Shown here in pieces: positions 1 to 14,869 of a stretch of DNA of 64,000 nt. The notes under the pieces were generated by a model that saw only the letters and a program-made list of their open reading frames with translations, did no database searches and was not told the origin of the DNA. Location: the NCBI GenBank assembly GCA_964016885.1, contig OZ024743.1, forward strand, positions 245,582,001 to 245,646,000. Direction: 5' to 3'. The position numbers and the translations under genes are program-made. Position 1 is the first letter of the stretch, and each line of letters begins with the position of its first letter. This DNA is from Eledone cirrhosa. Lineage: Eukaryota.

Positions 1-769
1 CATCTGATACAGGTGGAATTGATGCTTCTCATCATTTCATTGAGAGGTACTAAGATGCAATTGTTCGAAAACACTTCAGCTGGATTGTCGAATGAGGGGT
101 AGATGAAATCAATACATTCTTCCATAGTTGTTGCTTCGAGAACCATTTCTTTTGGCAAAATAATTTCCTCATTTTCAGTTTTTTTTATCTTATCTTTTCC
201 AATATCCAATAGGAACTGTGAATAGTCTCCTGCTCCCCCACCCAATCGCATGTTTGTCTTCAACTGAAATCTTTTGAAGTTTCGCCATAAGTAGGATTTT
301 TTAATGCAGGCGTTTTCCACGTCCGCTTCATTTCCCCTTTTCACTAATCGAAGAAGCTGACGGAAATCGCCACAGCAAATTGTCAAAATTCCACCGAATG
401 CCTCATTGTTGTCGCATATGTCACGCAGAGTGAAGTCAACAGCTTCGAGGCTTTCCTCCGAATCATAGGACACTCATCCCAAACAATCAGCCTTGTATGC
501 TGGAAGAGGTTTGCCGTCTTTGAGTTTTGATCAATGTTGCACAGACCATTTTCTTTCACTACTATCGGTATTTTGAACCTAGAATGCACTGTTCTTCCAC
601 CAGGCATCAGTGTTGCGGCAATGCCAGATGACGCAACAGCAATAGCCACGTCGCCGTTTCCCCTGACTTTTGAAAGAATTAAGTTAATCAGGAATGTCTT
701 TCCTGTTCCACCTGGAGCGTCAATGAAAATCAATGCAGATGTGTCCGTCCCTAAACTGTTACAAACCAA
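1..769 (-). pseudogene. Helitron PIF1-like helicase segment (frameshifted)
   Basis: GGTGKTF, ASSGIAA, GRTVHSRF and DECPM motifs; continues after a frameshift as GDFRQL...LKTNMRL. Confidence 0.88.
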
Positions 770-1375
770 GTCTTACACGTGTTTTTGTTCACTATTCAAT
801 AGAGACTCCGTCTCTTCTACAAATCGTCGCTGCTCTTCTCTGATGTATTGCAATTCATACAATAACTCCAAATTGCCAATATCCTAATTAGCAACAATAT
901 TATTTGGCCTTAGCAAGTTAAAGTCACTAAGACTTTTGCCCAGGTCGTTAAGTTTGTCTTCAAAATACAGAAGACATTGATCATAATGTCTCTCGCTAAT
1001 CAAAAGGTTAGAGTTTCTGGTAGCCCTTTTTTCTATTTGAAGGTAATCCTCAAACAGCGAATCGAGCTTAAATCGAGCCCATAAAGCACTGGAATTGTCA
1101 ATTTCCGTATTTGTGAGGAGCACGATGAATAGATCTCTCATGCCTTTGGGAAGCCTTGTTGGCTCAGCATCTTCCAGAGTCTGCTGCCAATGATCATCCG
1201 ATTGAAGCAAACCTTTCTCTCTGCAGACGTCTTTGAATAATGGCAGGAGTTCTCCATCACACATTTTCAAAGAGTTGAAGGATACTGGCCCTTTGACGTG
1301 ATGCAGAAGGAGTCTTAAATAATACAGGTCACCACTTCGTGGAGAAACAGTGTATACTCGTCCCAAAACGTTCGT

Positions 1376-3133
1376 CTAAAAAATCCCTGGACACTGCTCA
1401 ACTGTTTTCCCCACCTTTCTCCATTCCCATCTCTTATTACTCCAAGTGTTACTTTGGCACATCTGCATAATACAATGTTTTGCAAACGGATCGCGATCGC
1501 AAAGATCCATGAACTCAGTCAGAGTCGTCTTAACCATGTTATTGTTTACTTTAACAGCAGCATTGACCCGAAAGAAGATTTGATTTTCCTGAGGTAGATG
1601 AACTTGAAGGCGAACTACGACCGGTTCTCTCTCATGAATTGGAAATCCAAGTACCAAGGCAACAGCTTCTGAAGGACCGATATATCTTCCTGTTAAATAC
1701 TGTATTATCTCATCTGCTCTGTTCACTCCAAACATTGTTTGATCACTGCCCTTCATGGTATATTTGATAACGTATTTGATCGATTTCACGGAAGAGCACA
1801 TCTCTACGTTTAGGTGGCAGTTGAACAGTTTTAATAGTTTCATATTGTAGGGAACCACCCATTCCGAAGTTATATTTCGGCTTCCCCTTCCTTCTTGGTG
1901 CCCCTCAAATCCTCCCATTCCTGGAGACCGTCTTCTGTACACAGGATAAGAGTCCTCTCCACACAATGTATATTCATTGAAAGGTTTAGGGTACCGCTTA
2001 CTGTACGTTCCATCTTTCCAACACGGCGAATTGTTAGAGCAATTCGGACCATGGATCATGTGCTTCAGCACCAATTCATGACTCTTAGGATCTTTGTTTG
2101 GATCTGGTATTTCGGCTTGAACAAATTTATTGTATTCCTGCGGTCTGGGCTTGGAGGCTTCATTGAGCCATAGCAAACAGTGCACATGAGGAAGACCTCG
2201 CTTTTGATATTCGACTGTCAGCACGTAAGCAATACACTTACCAAATAGGCCATCTACTCCAGTAAGATACTTTCTTAACAGTTTCCGCTTCAGGTCAAAT
2301 ACTCTGGCAATTAAATCTGGCCTGTTGTGTGGCTTCTGATTCGGGAATAGGTTTTGCCAGTTTGGATTACATGTCATTGTGATGAAGAACGAAGGATTGC
2401 CGTACTTCCGTATGTACATCATGGCATCCTGGCATCGCTCCATCATATATCTCGGTCCACCGACAAATGTGGAAGAAAGTATGATTCGCCTGCCAATATT
2501 GCGAAAATCGTCATCATCATTCAATGCGTCAGTAAGGCCCTTGTATGTTGTAGATCGCAATGATGTTTGATTTATTCGGATGTATTGCAGTCTATCTCCT
2601 TCAATCTTCGCAGCCATGTCAACCAAATATTGCTGAAATAAACGACTGCCTCTGAGAAGTTGGTTGAATTCATTCTCATGGTTCATTATTCGATAGGCAT
2701 AGTAGCGCATTGGCGTCAACTTCTTGTTGTTGCTCATTAACAGCTCACGATGCCATCCGTCATCGCCAAAAAGAAAAAATAGACCGATGGACTGATGGGA
2801 CTCTGAGATTATTTGCAATTGTCCGCATTTTTCTTTCAACACAATGGGCCGTACTTTTGCTTGAAGTTTGGTGCTGTTTTGTATAATAATGGCAACTTCG
2901 TTTGCAGTTTGTGCATTGAATCTTCTCTCATGTTCCATTGCTTGTCTCCTATCAGGATCAATAATAATCGAAGTTTCGGGAATATTTTTAATTTGTTCTT
3001 TTGCCATTCGAAATGAAGCAACGTAAGGGTTATATTGTCTGAGTATTATTTCCAATAATTCAACTATGTCGCACTGAATGCCATCGTTATGGAGTATCCT
3101 GATCCTCAAATCAACACTATCCTGAAGATCCAA
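1376..3133 (-). pseudogene. Helitron Rep (HUH endonuclease) segment
   Basis: All three Rep motifs present in a 585-aa ORF; neighbouring segments are in other frames. Confidence 0.9.
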
Positions 3134-4574
3134 GAAGTAAATTTGAAGAAATTAGGGTTGTTCGTTGGGATTAGGGGTTAAGGAACCGATGTAATGGTGA
3201 ATTTGACCATGAATAACGATAGAAGGATTCCATCCACCCCTTGAGGAACGAACTTCTTCGGCCCCAAAAGATGTCATTTGGAACAGGCAGTTGTATTGTC
3301 TGAGGTTCTTCCTGAACTTGTTTGCCCTAGGTTGATCAGTACTAAATAAACTGTGAAGTTCCTGGGGTAAAGGCTGCAGATTCCCCAACCTGACTTTTCC
3401 ATTCATACAGCAAAAGTTAGCAGTTTCATCATGAAAAAGCATTACATGACAATAGACACAGATCTTATTCCTCTGTCCAACATCAGCAGAGAGGTCACGT
3501 CGTTGAACTGTCCTTGTTCTATCCCTAATGGTTTGTTGGCAAAGACGTTCAGTTCTCCGAGCGGCCGATTCATGATCTCTCCTTCTTCTGTCTCTTTCCC
3601 TCTGTTCCGCCAGACGTGCAGCCCTTACTTTATCAGTCTCATCGATCCTTCTATTCGCATGCCTGTCCCGATCTTGTTGGCGTTGACCACTATCTTGCTC
3701 ACCTTCTTCGGCTCTCCTTAGCCGTACTTTCTTTCCACTATCGCGATAGACCAACCAGATGTTTTCTTTCTTCCTTGTCGAGGCATTATTTAAGAATAGA
3801 AAATCGTATTCACCTTAGAAAAAATGCCTATTACCTCAACACATATTTTTTTTAAATCATCATTTAGAAATATTTCCAAATAATGAAAATATTGTCTGTT
3901 TAAACAACTCGTATTTTTCAAATCATATTCACTTAAAAAATACTTATTCTGTTTAAATACTTATTCTGTTTAAAGGAAGCTGAAATATATATACTCAGTG
4001 TACAAATAATTTTTATTTTTTAAGTCATTTTCACTTAAGAATATCTTTTAAATATACCAAGAAATATTTTTTCCATCGTATTCACTTGAAAATCATTTTT
4101 TTTAAAATGAAGATATTGTCTATGTAAATAAAGCTATTTGTGAAATCAAATTCACTTTAAAATATTTCTAAATAATTGAAATATTCTTTTTAACAAAAGC
4201 AAAAATATAAACACCTACTGTTTAAAACTAACTGGTATTTTTCAGTCATATTCACTTAATGCTTTTCTGATAATTAAAATATCGTCTGTTTAAAGAAAGC
4301 TCAAATATAGATACTTGAAGTACAAACAACTTGTAGTTTTGAAAACATATTCACTGAAAAATCTTTTTTTAATAATTATTAAAAATATTTCTCGAATGAT
4401 GAAAATAGTTTATGTCGATTTACGTCAAACTTGTTTTATCCCCATTTCAGGGTTATGTCACTTATTTCAGGGTTATGTCACTTATGTTCCCATTATGCAC
4501 CGTTTTGGTTATTTACGAAGGTATCCTACACACACACACAAATATATATATATATGTCTCTAACTTAAGTACTG

Positions 4575-4576
<2 letters not shown>

Positions 4577-4647
<71 letters not shown>
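4577..4647. repeat. (CA)n microsatellite
   Basis: Pure AC run. Confidence 0.95.
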
Positions 4648-4650
<3 letters not shown>

Positions 4651-5384
4651 CTCTAAGTACGTAAACACATGCACTGGCACACATACACATACAGATACAC
4701 ACGGTGGCAGTAGAACTGTGAAAGAGAGAGAAAGAAATAACGTTATGGATAGGAGAGTTAAAATAAATAAAAGTTAAGGACGCTGTCTCTTTCCCTATCT
4801 GTCAGCCCCCCTCTCTCTCTCTCATCTCTTTATCTCTCTCTCATCCCCTCACTCTCTCTCACCCTCACTCTCTCTTTCTCTCTCTCACCCCCTCTCTCTC
4901 TTTCTCTCTCTCACCCCCTCTCTGTCTCTCTTACCTACAGAATGGACAACCAAAAAACAAATGGATTATTTCTTTCGATATTCATTATAAAATAAGATAA
5001 ATTGAATTTAAATGAATTCCTCGATATTTTTGGAAAATTGAAAATATTGTCCATGTCCGATTTACGCCAAACTTGTTTTATTGAGAGTATTTTCTCATTA
5101 TGCAATGTTTTGGCTATTTACGAAGTTTTTCAGGGTTATGTTAATTTCGGGGTATTTTCCCAGTATGCACCGTTGTGGCTATTTACGAAGGTACCACCAA
5201 AACCCACGAATCTCAGGAACACGGGGTCCGATTTTCGCGAAACTTGTTTTATTCAATTTGTATTGCCATTTCAGAGCAAACTTGCTTTCAAAGTATTTGC
5301 CCATTATGCGCCCTTTTAGCTGTATTACATAACAGACAAGCAGGCACGCACGCAAGATCAGAGTTTTAGTAGTATTTAGATAGA

Positions 5385-6358
5385 TATATTTCTTTATTTG
5401 CCACAAGGGCGCACAAGAAAATGGGACAATACAAAGACACATGCCGGGGATTTTACATACAGTCGTGTAAAAAATATAAAACAAACAATTATAACAATCG
5501 AAATCCCCAATAAGGGGGAGGCGCCACAAATGGGTTGTTTAATACCCTGTCGATAGAACAACCCTCAATTTCAGGAGCGTGTTGTGCAAGTGCTCCTTTC
5601 TTCCTTTTGCTCTTTTCTTTAACCTATAGGCTTATAAACAGAGAAGGCCTAACCACTCGGGCCATTTTCGCTTCATTCACCCACCTTTCAGTAAATTTAC
5701 TGGGGTGCAGTGCCTCTCTCTCTACTCTGATTCTCCTTCTAAAGTGATACTTAAAGAAGGAAATCAATTGTTGTCCGGAGAGAAAGGTATCTGTCCTCAG
5801 TCCTCTCAATCTCGTCCACCATATAACCTCTTTCACCATAGCCACTATAGAGAGGAAAACCGTCTCTCTTTCATTTTTGAAAGAAGTTGGCGGTTTGATC
5901 CTTACTATGGACTCGGCAGTCAACTGGATTTGTCCCATACGCGACAGCCGTTGTTCTGCATAGTTCCACAGGTCAGTTACGCCCGGGCAGTGTACAATTG
6001 CGTGCAGGACAGTTTCAATGTCCTGCGCGCATCTTGGACACGTCCTCTTGGAAGGATCCCTGCCGGGGCGTCCGTGCCTGTAGATCTTGTCACGAACTGG
6101 TAGAGTTCCTCGGTAGCACTGCCAGGCCAGGGACCTCTGGAAGTTGTCCATGGGTCCCGGGCGGAAAGTCCTACCAAACAGAGTGGTGACTTCGTTGTCT
6201 TCGACGCCTAGAGTCTCTCCGAGCACGTCGTCGCCCTTGTGACGTACTAACCCTCTATAGAATGTCGAAGTGGAGTTTCCACTGATTGCCGTGCCCGCTT
6301 GACAGAGGATTGTGAGCGCCTGAGCGCATTGAATGTGCCAGGCGCCCATCTTCTTCGG
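5385..6358 (-). mobile_element. Tx1/L1-clade LINE, 5'-truncated 3' end
   Basis: ORF 5624-6349 has a zf-RVT-like motif (LPVRDKIYRHG..CPRC..ETVLHAIVHCP); 3' UTR ends in AATAAA; 5' end abuts (GA)n. Confidence 0.8.
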
Positions 6359-6366
6359 TCTTTATT

Positions 6367-6443
<77 letters not shown>

Positions 6444-7550
6444 ATAAAAACAATGACGTTACGTTATCCAAATATGTGGAAGAGCGAATCTCAAACCACT
6501 GCAATCCTTTTACGAGCGATTTGACTCAAGTATGGCTGTGTGGCTAAAATATTCGTTAGATCATGTCAGGTTCAGTACTACTGAGAGGCACATAATGTAT
6601 CTTCTGCCTTTAACTTCTAATGGAGTCATAGGGGCGCCTTTCTGATACACGACATCTTGATCATTCTGAATCTGACAGAGCCCATCCCACTCCACGTCTG
6701 AACAAAACCAATTTCTTCTTCTTTTTAAAGAGAGGGGTGGGGGAGAACCGATACCAGGGAGAACTGGAGTGATATTTTATTTATTGACCTCGAAAGATGA
6801 AAGGTATTTGAACTGAGAGCGCAGTGAACCTGAGCAAATATTGAAGCATTTTTAATCCAACGCTCTAAGGAGTTTTCCAATTCGACGCCTTAATGCATTA
6901 TTGCTGGAATAAAACAATACAGACATCGAGCTTATGCCCATGTGCATAATTCTACCTCACCAGGAGACTGAAAATATATTTTGTGGAGTCGTAGTGCACC
7001 GTAGTGACTTACAACTTGTCATAGGCATTTTAAACCTACTGGAGCCCCTCCCTCTCTATGTCTGAACATAGCCGATCTGTTCCAGAGAAGGAGAAAGTGA
7101 TAAACAAGAAGTGAGAAAGAGATATAAAGGAAGAATCGACTTCCGTACTAAACTGAAAAGTTGATTACATCGACCAATACTTTACAGGTACTTTATTTTA
7201 TGGTCGACGAAAGGATGAAAGGCAAAGTTAACCTCGACAGGATTTGAAATCAAAACGTAAAGAGTCGCAATAAAAATAGCTACAGCCGTTTAAAGACTGG
7301 ATTAATGTAATTTTAGCCAATCAGATTCATCTATTCTCTACACCTCACTTCAACAAAAATAACAACATAAACAACTACGGTAAGTGTTGACCAATGAATA
7401 TAGATCAGCTCACACCCGGGGATGAGGTGGGGGTTCGTGTAATCGAAATGAATGCAATAGTTCCACTATTTATTTTTGTTTTTGTCCAAAGCCTGATATA
7501 TGCCTGCTACCCGACGTGTTTGAGATACCTAGAAAGTCAAACCCGGGTGA

Positions 7551-7803
7551 AGGCGCATGGCTTAGTGGTTAGAGCATTGGGCTTGCAATCGAAAGGTTGT
7601 GAGTTCAATTCTCGGACCGGGTGATGTGTTGTTTCTTTGAGCAAGACACTTTATTTCACGTTGCTCCAGTTTACTCAGCTGTAGAAATGAGATGATAGGA
7701 CTGGGGTCCCTATCATTAAATTACCCAAGAGACCTCCAACGAGATATACCTTGGAGGAGGCCAGCTAAACCTGCAAAGGTGAGAGCTGTCACACACACAC
7801 ACA
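7551..7803 (+). mobile_element. tRNA-derived SINE (CORE-like) with (CA)n tail and 13-bp TSD
   Basis: A-box TGGCTTAGTGG, B-box GAGTTCAATTC; CAAACCCGGGTGA repeated at 7538-7550 and 7804-7816. Confidence 0.8.
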
Positions 7804-8049
7804 CAAACCCGGGTGACGACAGCTTAGAATATACATGTGGTGAGTTTGAATGAGTACACAGTACCTCTATAGATCCTTATTTCCTTTTAAACCAAACCTA
7901 GAAACATAAAACATAAATGCTGCAGCATGATATAAACACACTCACACATAACATTCCTGTTAAACTTGCTATTTATGTTATAGTTTTGCTTAACGGCTTA
8001 TGGTTAAAGTAGAAACTGTTTTCAATAAAACCTTTATTACCTGTTTGTT

Positions 8050-8250
8050 CAACTGATTTCTAATTTAAGCACAAGGCTAGCAAATTTTATGGAAAGGCAA
8101 GGTTAATTAAATCAACCCCAGTACTTGACTGATCCTTTATTTTATCGACCCCGGAAGGATGAAAAGCAAAGTTGACCATTGCAGGATTTGAACTCGGAAT
8201 GTAAAGAGCCAGAACAAATACCGCAATAGCTTTTTATCCGACGCCCTGCC
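8050..8250 (-). mobile_element. Older copy of the GTCGATAAAATAAAGTACCAG SINE family
   Basis: TTTATCGACCCCGGAAGGATGAAAAGCAAAGTTGAC..GGATTTGAACTC. Confidence 0.7.
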
Positions 8251-9360
8251 ACCCTTTTATGTGAAACATATCAAAGCTCAGTTATTCAAGACCATAGTTG
8301 TCATGAAATATATTGTATGTGTTGAATTAATTTTGAAAATGATCACGAATTTGGATATTTAAAGTGTTCATTAAGTTGTTGTTTAGAATATTAAAACATT
8401 CTTTAGGTGAAATTATGATGGAAGTTTTTAATTTAGATATGAACATTGGACAACTAGACAGTTTTATCACAGAAGCAGATACAGTTTCTGATGAGCTAGT
8501 GCCAAAAGGATTAATGCATCGAAATAGAATAAATAGAATGTCAAGTATATCAATTAGCATTAAAAAATAAATTAAAAGAAAATGAAGTAAATCTGTCCAT
8601 TTATCATGGTCATTCAAATTGATTATTATTGTAATTTGTTCAATTTAAAAGTGTATTGGATTTGAGAAGTATTTCGATTATTGGCTCAACCTCAAATATC
8701 CAGTCTGTTGAATACTATAGTAATTGACCAAGAGCTGAATAGCTGAATTGGAATTTATAGCCTGCAAGGATTTCATTTAAAATATATTGGATCTCGGAAT
8801 ATATTGCGAGTACTGGATCAATCATTCATAAAAGTTGAAGGTAGTATACTGATATAATAATAACAGACCTACCAACCTCTAAAAGCCCAAACGGGGAGTA
8901 CCACGTAAAAAAGTGCCCCACAACGGGGAGAAATCAGGCAAAATGGGAAGGTTTTACATAAGGAAAGCTATACCCCTTTTCACAAGAGTAGACATCTTTC
9001 ACCCACCCCAAAGTGGGTGGGTGATCTCCCCGTCGGACGGGGAGAGTTGACTGGTCTGTAATAAAGCTTTTAGTGCAAGACCCTAAAAGTGTGGAGTCCG
9101 TAGTACTGCTTTTAGGCTGTATTTTCCTTACATACATATATTCATTTAATGATTTATAAATATATACATAAACATTACAAATTGCTCACAATTCTTTAGA
9201 ATGAAAATATAAACTCATATAACAAATACAATTAACTATTGCTAGCAACCTCACAAATGCAATGCACCAAAATATACGACCAAAGCGAGAGAAAGAAAAC
9301 AAAGGGCTAAAGACAAAAACAACCATCAATTCACCACCAAGTGTGACAATCGGCCGGGTC

Positions 9361-9560
9361 NNNNNNNNNNNNNNNNNNNNNNNNNNNNNNNNNNNNNNNN
9401 NNNNNNNNNNNNNNNNNNNNNNNNNNNNNNNNNNNNNNNNNNNNNNNNNNNNNNNNNNNNNNNNNNNNNNNNNNNNNNNNNNNNNNNNNNNNNNNNNNNN
9501 NNNNNNNNNNNNNNNNNNNNNNNNNNNNNNNNNNNNNNNNNNNNNNNNNNNNNNNNNNNN
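9361..9560. other. Assembly gap (200 N)
   Basis: Run of N. Confidence 1.
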
Positions 9561-9836
9561 GCCATAAAAGGGAAATAACTCGCCTCTCATCTCTATTTAT
9601 ACATTTGAACTGAAAAATCAATACATTACAAATTAGATTTTTGCACTTGGCGTGGGTCGACTTGAAAATTCTTTTTGACTGATGTCTCCGCCGGACCTTC
9701 ATCTATAAGTGTAGCAATTTCACCAAAATTTGAACATACGGTTTAGGAGGAGATGTGTGCCGACCGTTTTAGTAGACAAACCTCAGTTTTATATATATAG
9801 ATTAAGATGATTCTAGATTTTTGAGGATGCCACGCC

Positions 9837-9892
<56 letters not shown>

Positions 9893-10142
9893 GCCTCTCT
9901 CTCTCTCAATGTGCGGTCTCTTTCAATTTCTTCTACTCCGCTATAAACTTCTCTCTCTGTTACTTTCTCTCTCACACCCTCTGTAACTCTTCCTCTCTTT
10001 ATGTCTCTATATCTGTTCCCCCCTCTCTCTCACCCCTCCCACTCATTCATTGGCATTAGAGACGCTGGTCGCGAAACAATCAAGAACGCGCAGATCTCTT
10101 CCCTTTCTGTCTCTCTCTTTGTATCCCTTTCTCTCTCTCTCT

Positions 10143-10201
<59 letters not shown>

Positions 10202-11344
10202 CGTGTGTGTGTGTAAACCAGCGTTCGTTGCCATTCTCTCTCTATATATCTGAATATCTAACACTTTAATTGTATCTCTCTCTATCTAATGGCCTATCTC
10301 TCTCTCTCTTTGCCCCCCCCCCCCTTCTGTGTCTTTCTGTCTTTAGATGTGTGTGTGTGTATGTGTGTGTTTGTGTGTGGTTTTCGTGTGATTAAACCAA
10401 CCAACCAACAAACCAAGTCCCCTGTTGGCTCGTTGTAAATATGTTGCTGCTGTTGTTTAGCCCCTCACATCAGCCCTGGTCAAACTGACCCATTGCCTAT
10501 ACTGTGGGAATTTACATGTTAGAATTACATTAACAAATTATTCAATTTCTCATCATTCACCACAAAAACCTCATCCTTTCCATCACGTCTAAATATAAAA
10601 TTATTTTCAGTAATTATATCCGATTTTCACTTGTTTTATTAATTATTATTGAATTTGTATTGTAACGATTTCGTTTCAATCTCAAGTGTATCCCCAAATG
10701 TTTTAGGTCTCAAAAATGAAATCAAACACCAAAATATTTTCATAGTAATTTAACTCCAATAATTGTTTTGATATTGATTAAATGTTTAACATACAAGGCG
10801 TCGAACTGGCAGAGTTGTTAGAACATCAGATAGACGGATTTGAGGCATTCGTTCCGACTCTCTGATTTCAACTCCCGCCGAGGTCAACTTTGCCTTTCAT
10901 CCTTTCGAGATCGATAAAAAAGTACCAGTCTAGTATTGGGGTTGATTCTTCCTCTATATCTATATCTCTTTCTTACTTAATCGCTCTTACTCTCCCTACT
11001 TCCTGGAAGAAGTTGGCTGTGTTCAGAACTGGAGAGAGGATGGATTCCGTCATGTTTGAAGTGTCCAAGAGATTTTATTTATACGTTGTTCGATTCCACT
11101 TAGCTCTACCGGTAATACAAAGGGCCCGCCTTGCCACACACTATATCACGTTGAGTCTCCTTGTCAATTACGTTAAGTGTACACGTGTCAGTGGAATGCT
11201 CAGATACTTGCGCGTAAATTTGACTGGAACACTCGTCGTCAGAAATAACGTCTAACATCAACAATATGGACCAAACTCATTTTGAGACTGTGTTAGAAAT
11301 CATTATCGAGAATTGGTCATAATATTATACGATTGGGATCAGAA

Positions 11345-11780
11345 CTACCATTAATGTCAACTAGGCAGCCGCTTAGGGTGCAGACTTTAGAGAGGTGCAT
11401 TGCTGAACCTTAAAGGATCACAGTTTTATACAAATCTGTATAATTCAATTCATTATATAATAATTTCCTCCGATCAATAAATATATTGCTAAATAATTTT
11501 GTTGCGTAGCAGCATAGTGGTCATGTCCAAAGCGGGGAAGATGGTAGTATAATGTTATGACCTGTCACATGATTTGGCGTGGATGAGAGTGGACTCTGTA
11601 GGGGAAATGCAAACTTAGTAATTTTCTTAGTGTGATCGGGGTAAGAAGTGTAAAAAACTAGATTCGCCAGCTTATCAAACTGTAAGATGAAATTATTCTA
11701 TTTGAAAGAGTGGGACGCATAAATGGGAGAAGGGATGCAGTGTCGAGCTAGACTTGAGCCTGAATATCCAGGCGCCAAAT
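11345..11780 (+). repeat. Unclassified dispersed repeat; other copies at ~21655-22080 and partial at ~42270-42420
   Basis: Shared CAACTAGGCAGCC..TAATTTTCTTAGTG..AAGAAGTG..AAAAACTA..AAACTGTAAG..ATATCCWGGCGCCA. Confidence 0.65.
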
Positions 11781-12082
11781 CCTTATATATAATGATCAAT
11801 CGAAATTATTCTTCGACTAGATTTCTAGTTCAAGTGTATGTTGACCTAAATTGTAAATTCTGATTTGATGCAGAGAAAATGAACTCGTCACAAACACTCT
11901 TTACAGTCTTTCTATATAACTACCATTTCTACTAAACTACCATTACAATATCACGCGTGTAACCAATCATGGGACATTTCTATATGACGTACATCAGTGA
12001 TTTAAGCTTAACTCTGTATAAATAGCTTTATATTTATCTTAGTTTATCGCTTCAAATCTTCACACATTGTTTCCCTTTCCTT

Positions 12083-12213
<131 letters not shown>

Positions 12214-12229
12214 TGGAGGTATAAACCCG

Positions 12230-14530
12230 ACCGCGATGTCAAGCGATGTCTGACTGCCTAAGGGGTAAATCGCCAGGTTTGGATGGTCTGCCCTACGAGC
12301 TTTATGCGTACATGCCAGACTTGTTCAGCAACCTTTTGGCAGACGTCTACTGCAACTGGCAGCAGAACGGGAGCATGCCCAGATTTGTGAGCCGGGGAGT
12401 GGTGGTGCTGTTGAGAAAAGACCCGAACAAAGGGGACGTTATAGACAACTTCAGGCCCATAATTCTGTTAAACACAGATTTCAAGATTTTGGCCAAGGTG
12501 TTAGCAAAGAGATTGGCGCTTGTGAGCGTAATCTGGTAGAAGAGGCGCAGACATGCGCCATTCCAGACAGATCCATCCACGACAACCTCCACCTCATGCG
12601 ATATATCATAGAGAGGGTGGTTAAGGAACCTGGCACGGGTGGGGCCCTGATCAACTTAGATCAATCTAAAGCATTTGATAGGGTCGACCATCGGTACCTG
12701 GCGGCGCTCTTCGAGGCGGCTGGTTTCGGGCCCATTTTCAGGTGTTAGATCGCTGCGATGCACAGCGACATCTGCTCAATTATGAAGGTGAACGGTCATC
12801 TGTCACAGCCTTTCAGCATCATGTGCTCGGTCAGTCAGGGTTGTCCCCTCTCGTCACTCTTGTACGTATTGGCCCTAGAGTCGTTACTGCAAAAATTGGA
12901 GGCGATGAGAGACGTCCCATGCGAACTGGGATGTGGGAGATCCGTATCGGCTTACGCCGACGACGTCACCGTAGTGGTGTCAAGCGCTGAACATATCCAG
13001 ATGCTCGGCACCGCTCTCAAGGAATATGAAGCAGTGACAGGAGCAAAGTTAAACCAGGAAAAGTCAGTGGGCTTGCAGCTCGGCACCTGGAGAGGCAAGT
13101 CCATGCCGCCCGACAGCGTCGTGGGGCGCTGGACGGAAGGACCGGTTAAATTGCTCGGGGTCTGGTTCGGTCCGGACCTCCAGATGCAAAAAAAACTGGA
13201 GCGAGGTAACGAACAAGGTGGCCTCTCTCACCCAGAAATGGGCCGAGAGGAGCTGTCCCTGAAAGGTCTGGCAGAGGTGGCGAATGCATTCATCGCATCC
13301 GTCATCTGCTACCGCCTAACCGTTGTGCCCTGCCCCGGCCCAACTCTGACAAAAATGGAGCGCCTCCTCTTCCACTTTTTATGGAAGGGACGTGCTCCCA
13401 TGGTCAGACGATCCATCTGCTGTCAACACCCGTTGCGTGGCGGGCTGGGCATGCCGTGGTTGATAATGCGCAAACACGCGCTGAGGCTGCGACATATCTG
13501 GTGCTTCCTTGACGGTGAACAAGTGTGGTCACCGTTTGCCAGATGTGTTTTTCCCCAGCTCGTCTCATTAATGGAGCTGCAGTCCTGGATCAGGAAAAGA
13601 CTGAAGGATAGCGTTTGGAAGCTGAAATGTCTCCAAGCGCTCACAGCCTTCTACCAGCTGGGCACTAGTATAGGTGGAACATCCACCTCGGCGTTCTATA
13701 GAGGACTAGTGGAGGGGAAGAGTGACGACGTTCTCAGGGAGACCCTGGGCATCGAAGACGATCAGCTGTTCGCTCTCTTCAAGAGAACTTTCAGCCCGGG
13801 GCCTATGGACAATTTCCAGAAATCCCTGACTTGGCGTTGCCGGTTCGAGAAAAGCTCTACAGGCACGGAAGTGCCGTCACCTCTCCGAGATGCGCACAGA
13901 GCCACGAAACCGTTGTGCACGCACTCGTTCAGTGTCCGAGCATTGCTGACTTGTGGAGCTATGTCGAACATTTGCTGTCACGTGTAGGACGGATCCGTCA
14001 CGTGTAGGCCCCTCCGTCCGCCTTTAAGGAGGAAGAAGGCAGGCAGTTTTCATCTGCCTAGTGGCCATGCCGAAAGAGATTGTGTGGTGGACATGGTTGA
14101 AAGAATTGAAAACGGACACTTTCCTCTTCGGCGAATCCTTGATTAACTTTTTCAAATTTCACTTGAAGAGGAAAATCAGGGTGGAGAGACAAAGTGCTGT
14201 CTTCTAGTAAGTTTGTTGAAAGGTGGGTGAAAGTGAATGGGCCCGCTCTGAGTATGCGCCTGTAGACTGAGGAAAGGAAAACTAAGAGAGTGCGCTTGCC
14301 CTGGTGGTCAGGGTGGCCTTTTGTGTGGTTTTCGCCCCGAGTGACCCTCGGAAGTTTCGCTCCTATTTTGTTTGAATTTTTTTTTATATTTGTATCTTCT
14401 TATAACCTTTTTTACACGGCCAAAACCCAATTTGTACCGTCCTGTACCGTTCTGTGCCGCCTGTAATGATTTTCTTCACGTTAGCCCTTGTGGCCAATAA
14501 AGAAACCATCATTTTTATTATTATTATTAT
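12230..14530 (+). mobile_element. Tx1-clade LINE, 5'-truncated ORF2 (RT plus C-terminus), decayed
   Basis: KSPGLDGLP, NFRPIILLNTDFKIL, DQSKAFDRV, QGCPLS and YADD motifs; C-terminus homologous to 5624-6349; flanked by (TA)n(GA)n and (CA)n. Confidence 0.9.
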
Positions 14531-14564
14531 TATATATTATATATACACACACACACACACGCAC

Positions 14565-14674
<110 letters not shown>

Positions 14675-14798
14675 GTAGGAGGTGAGTTTTATTGTAGTAC
14701 AATAAAGCAATGCAAATATCGGATAAGTAGCACTCTACAATTTGTAGGACTGGAGTATAAATAATATAAGATCAAAAGATGGTTAAAAGAGTTCCAAG

Positions 14799-14869
14799 TA
14801 TTTTATTATGCGCATTTCAAAAACAAATATCATTATGAGATGATATCTACGTTTTCATCAGATAAAATA
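14799..14869 (-). ncRNA. Type I hammerhead ribozyme (Penelope pseudo-LTR)
   Basis: On -: TATTTTAT-CTGATGA-hairpin-GAAA-TGCGC-ATA-ATAAAATA; 8-bp stem I and palindromic stem III. Confidence 0.75.

Larger units (their letters stand above)
1..5380 (-). mobile_element. Helitron, autonomous type, decayed (Rep/PIF1 helicase split by frameshifts); runs off the left edge
   Basis: ORFs 3152-3754 (CxxC..CC finger, FQMTSFGA), 1376-3133 (FFITMTCNPNW, VEYQKRGLPHVH HUH motif, KYVIKY), 884-1366 (YYLRLLLHHVKGP), 383-769 (DAPGGTGKT Walker A, WDECPM). A Helitron-like 5' terminus TCTAAATACTACTAAAACTC lies near 5380 on -. Confidence 0.93.

Noticed and set aside
4315-4777. ORFs with HTHT/YIYI/CVCV runs, here and elsewhere
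   Set aside because: Translations of microsatellites.
7551-7622. tRNA gene
   Set aside because: Poor acceptor stem; continues into a SINE body with a tail and TSD.
9186-9702. ORFs spanning the N run
   Set aside because: Artefact of the assembly gap.
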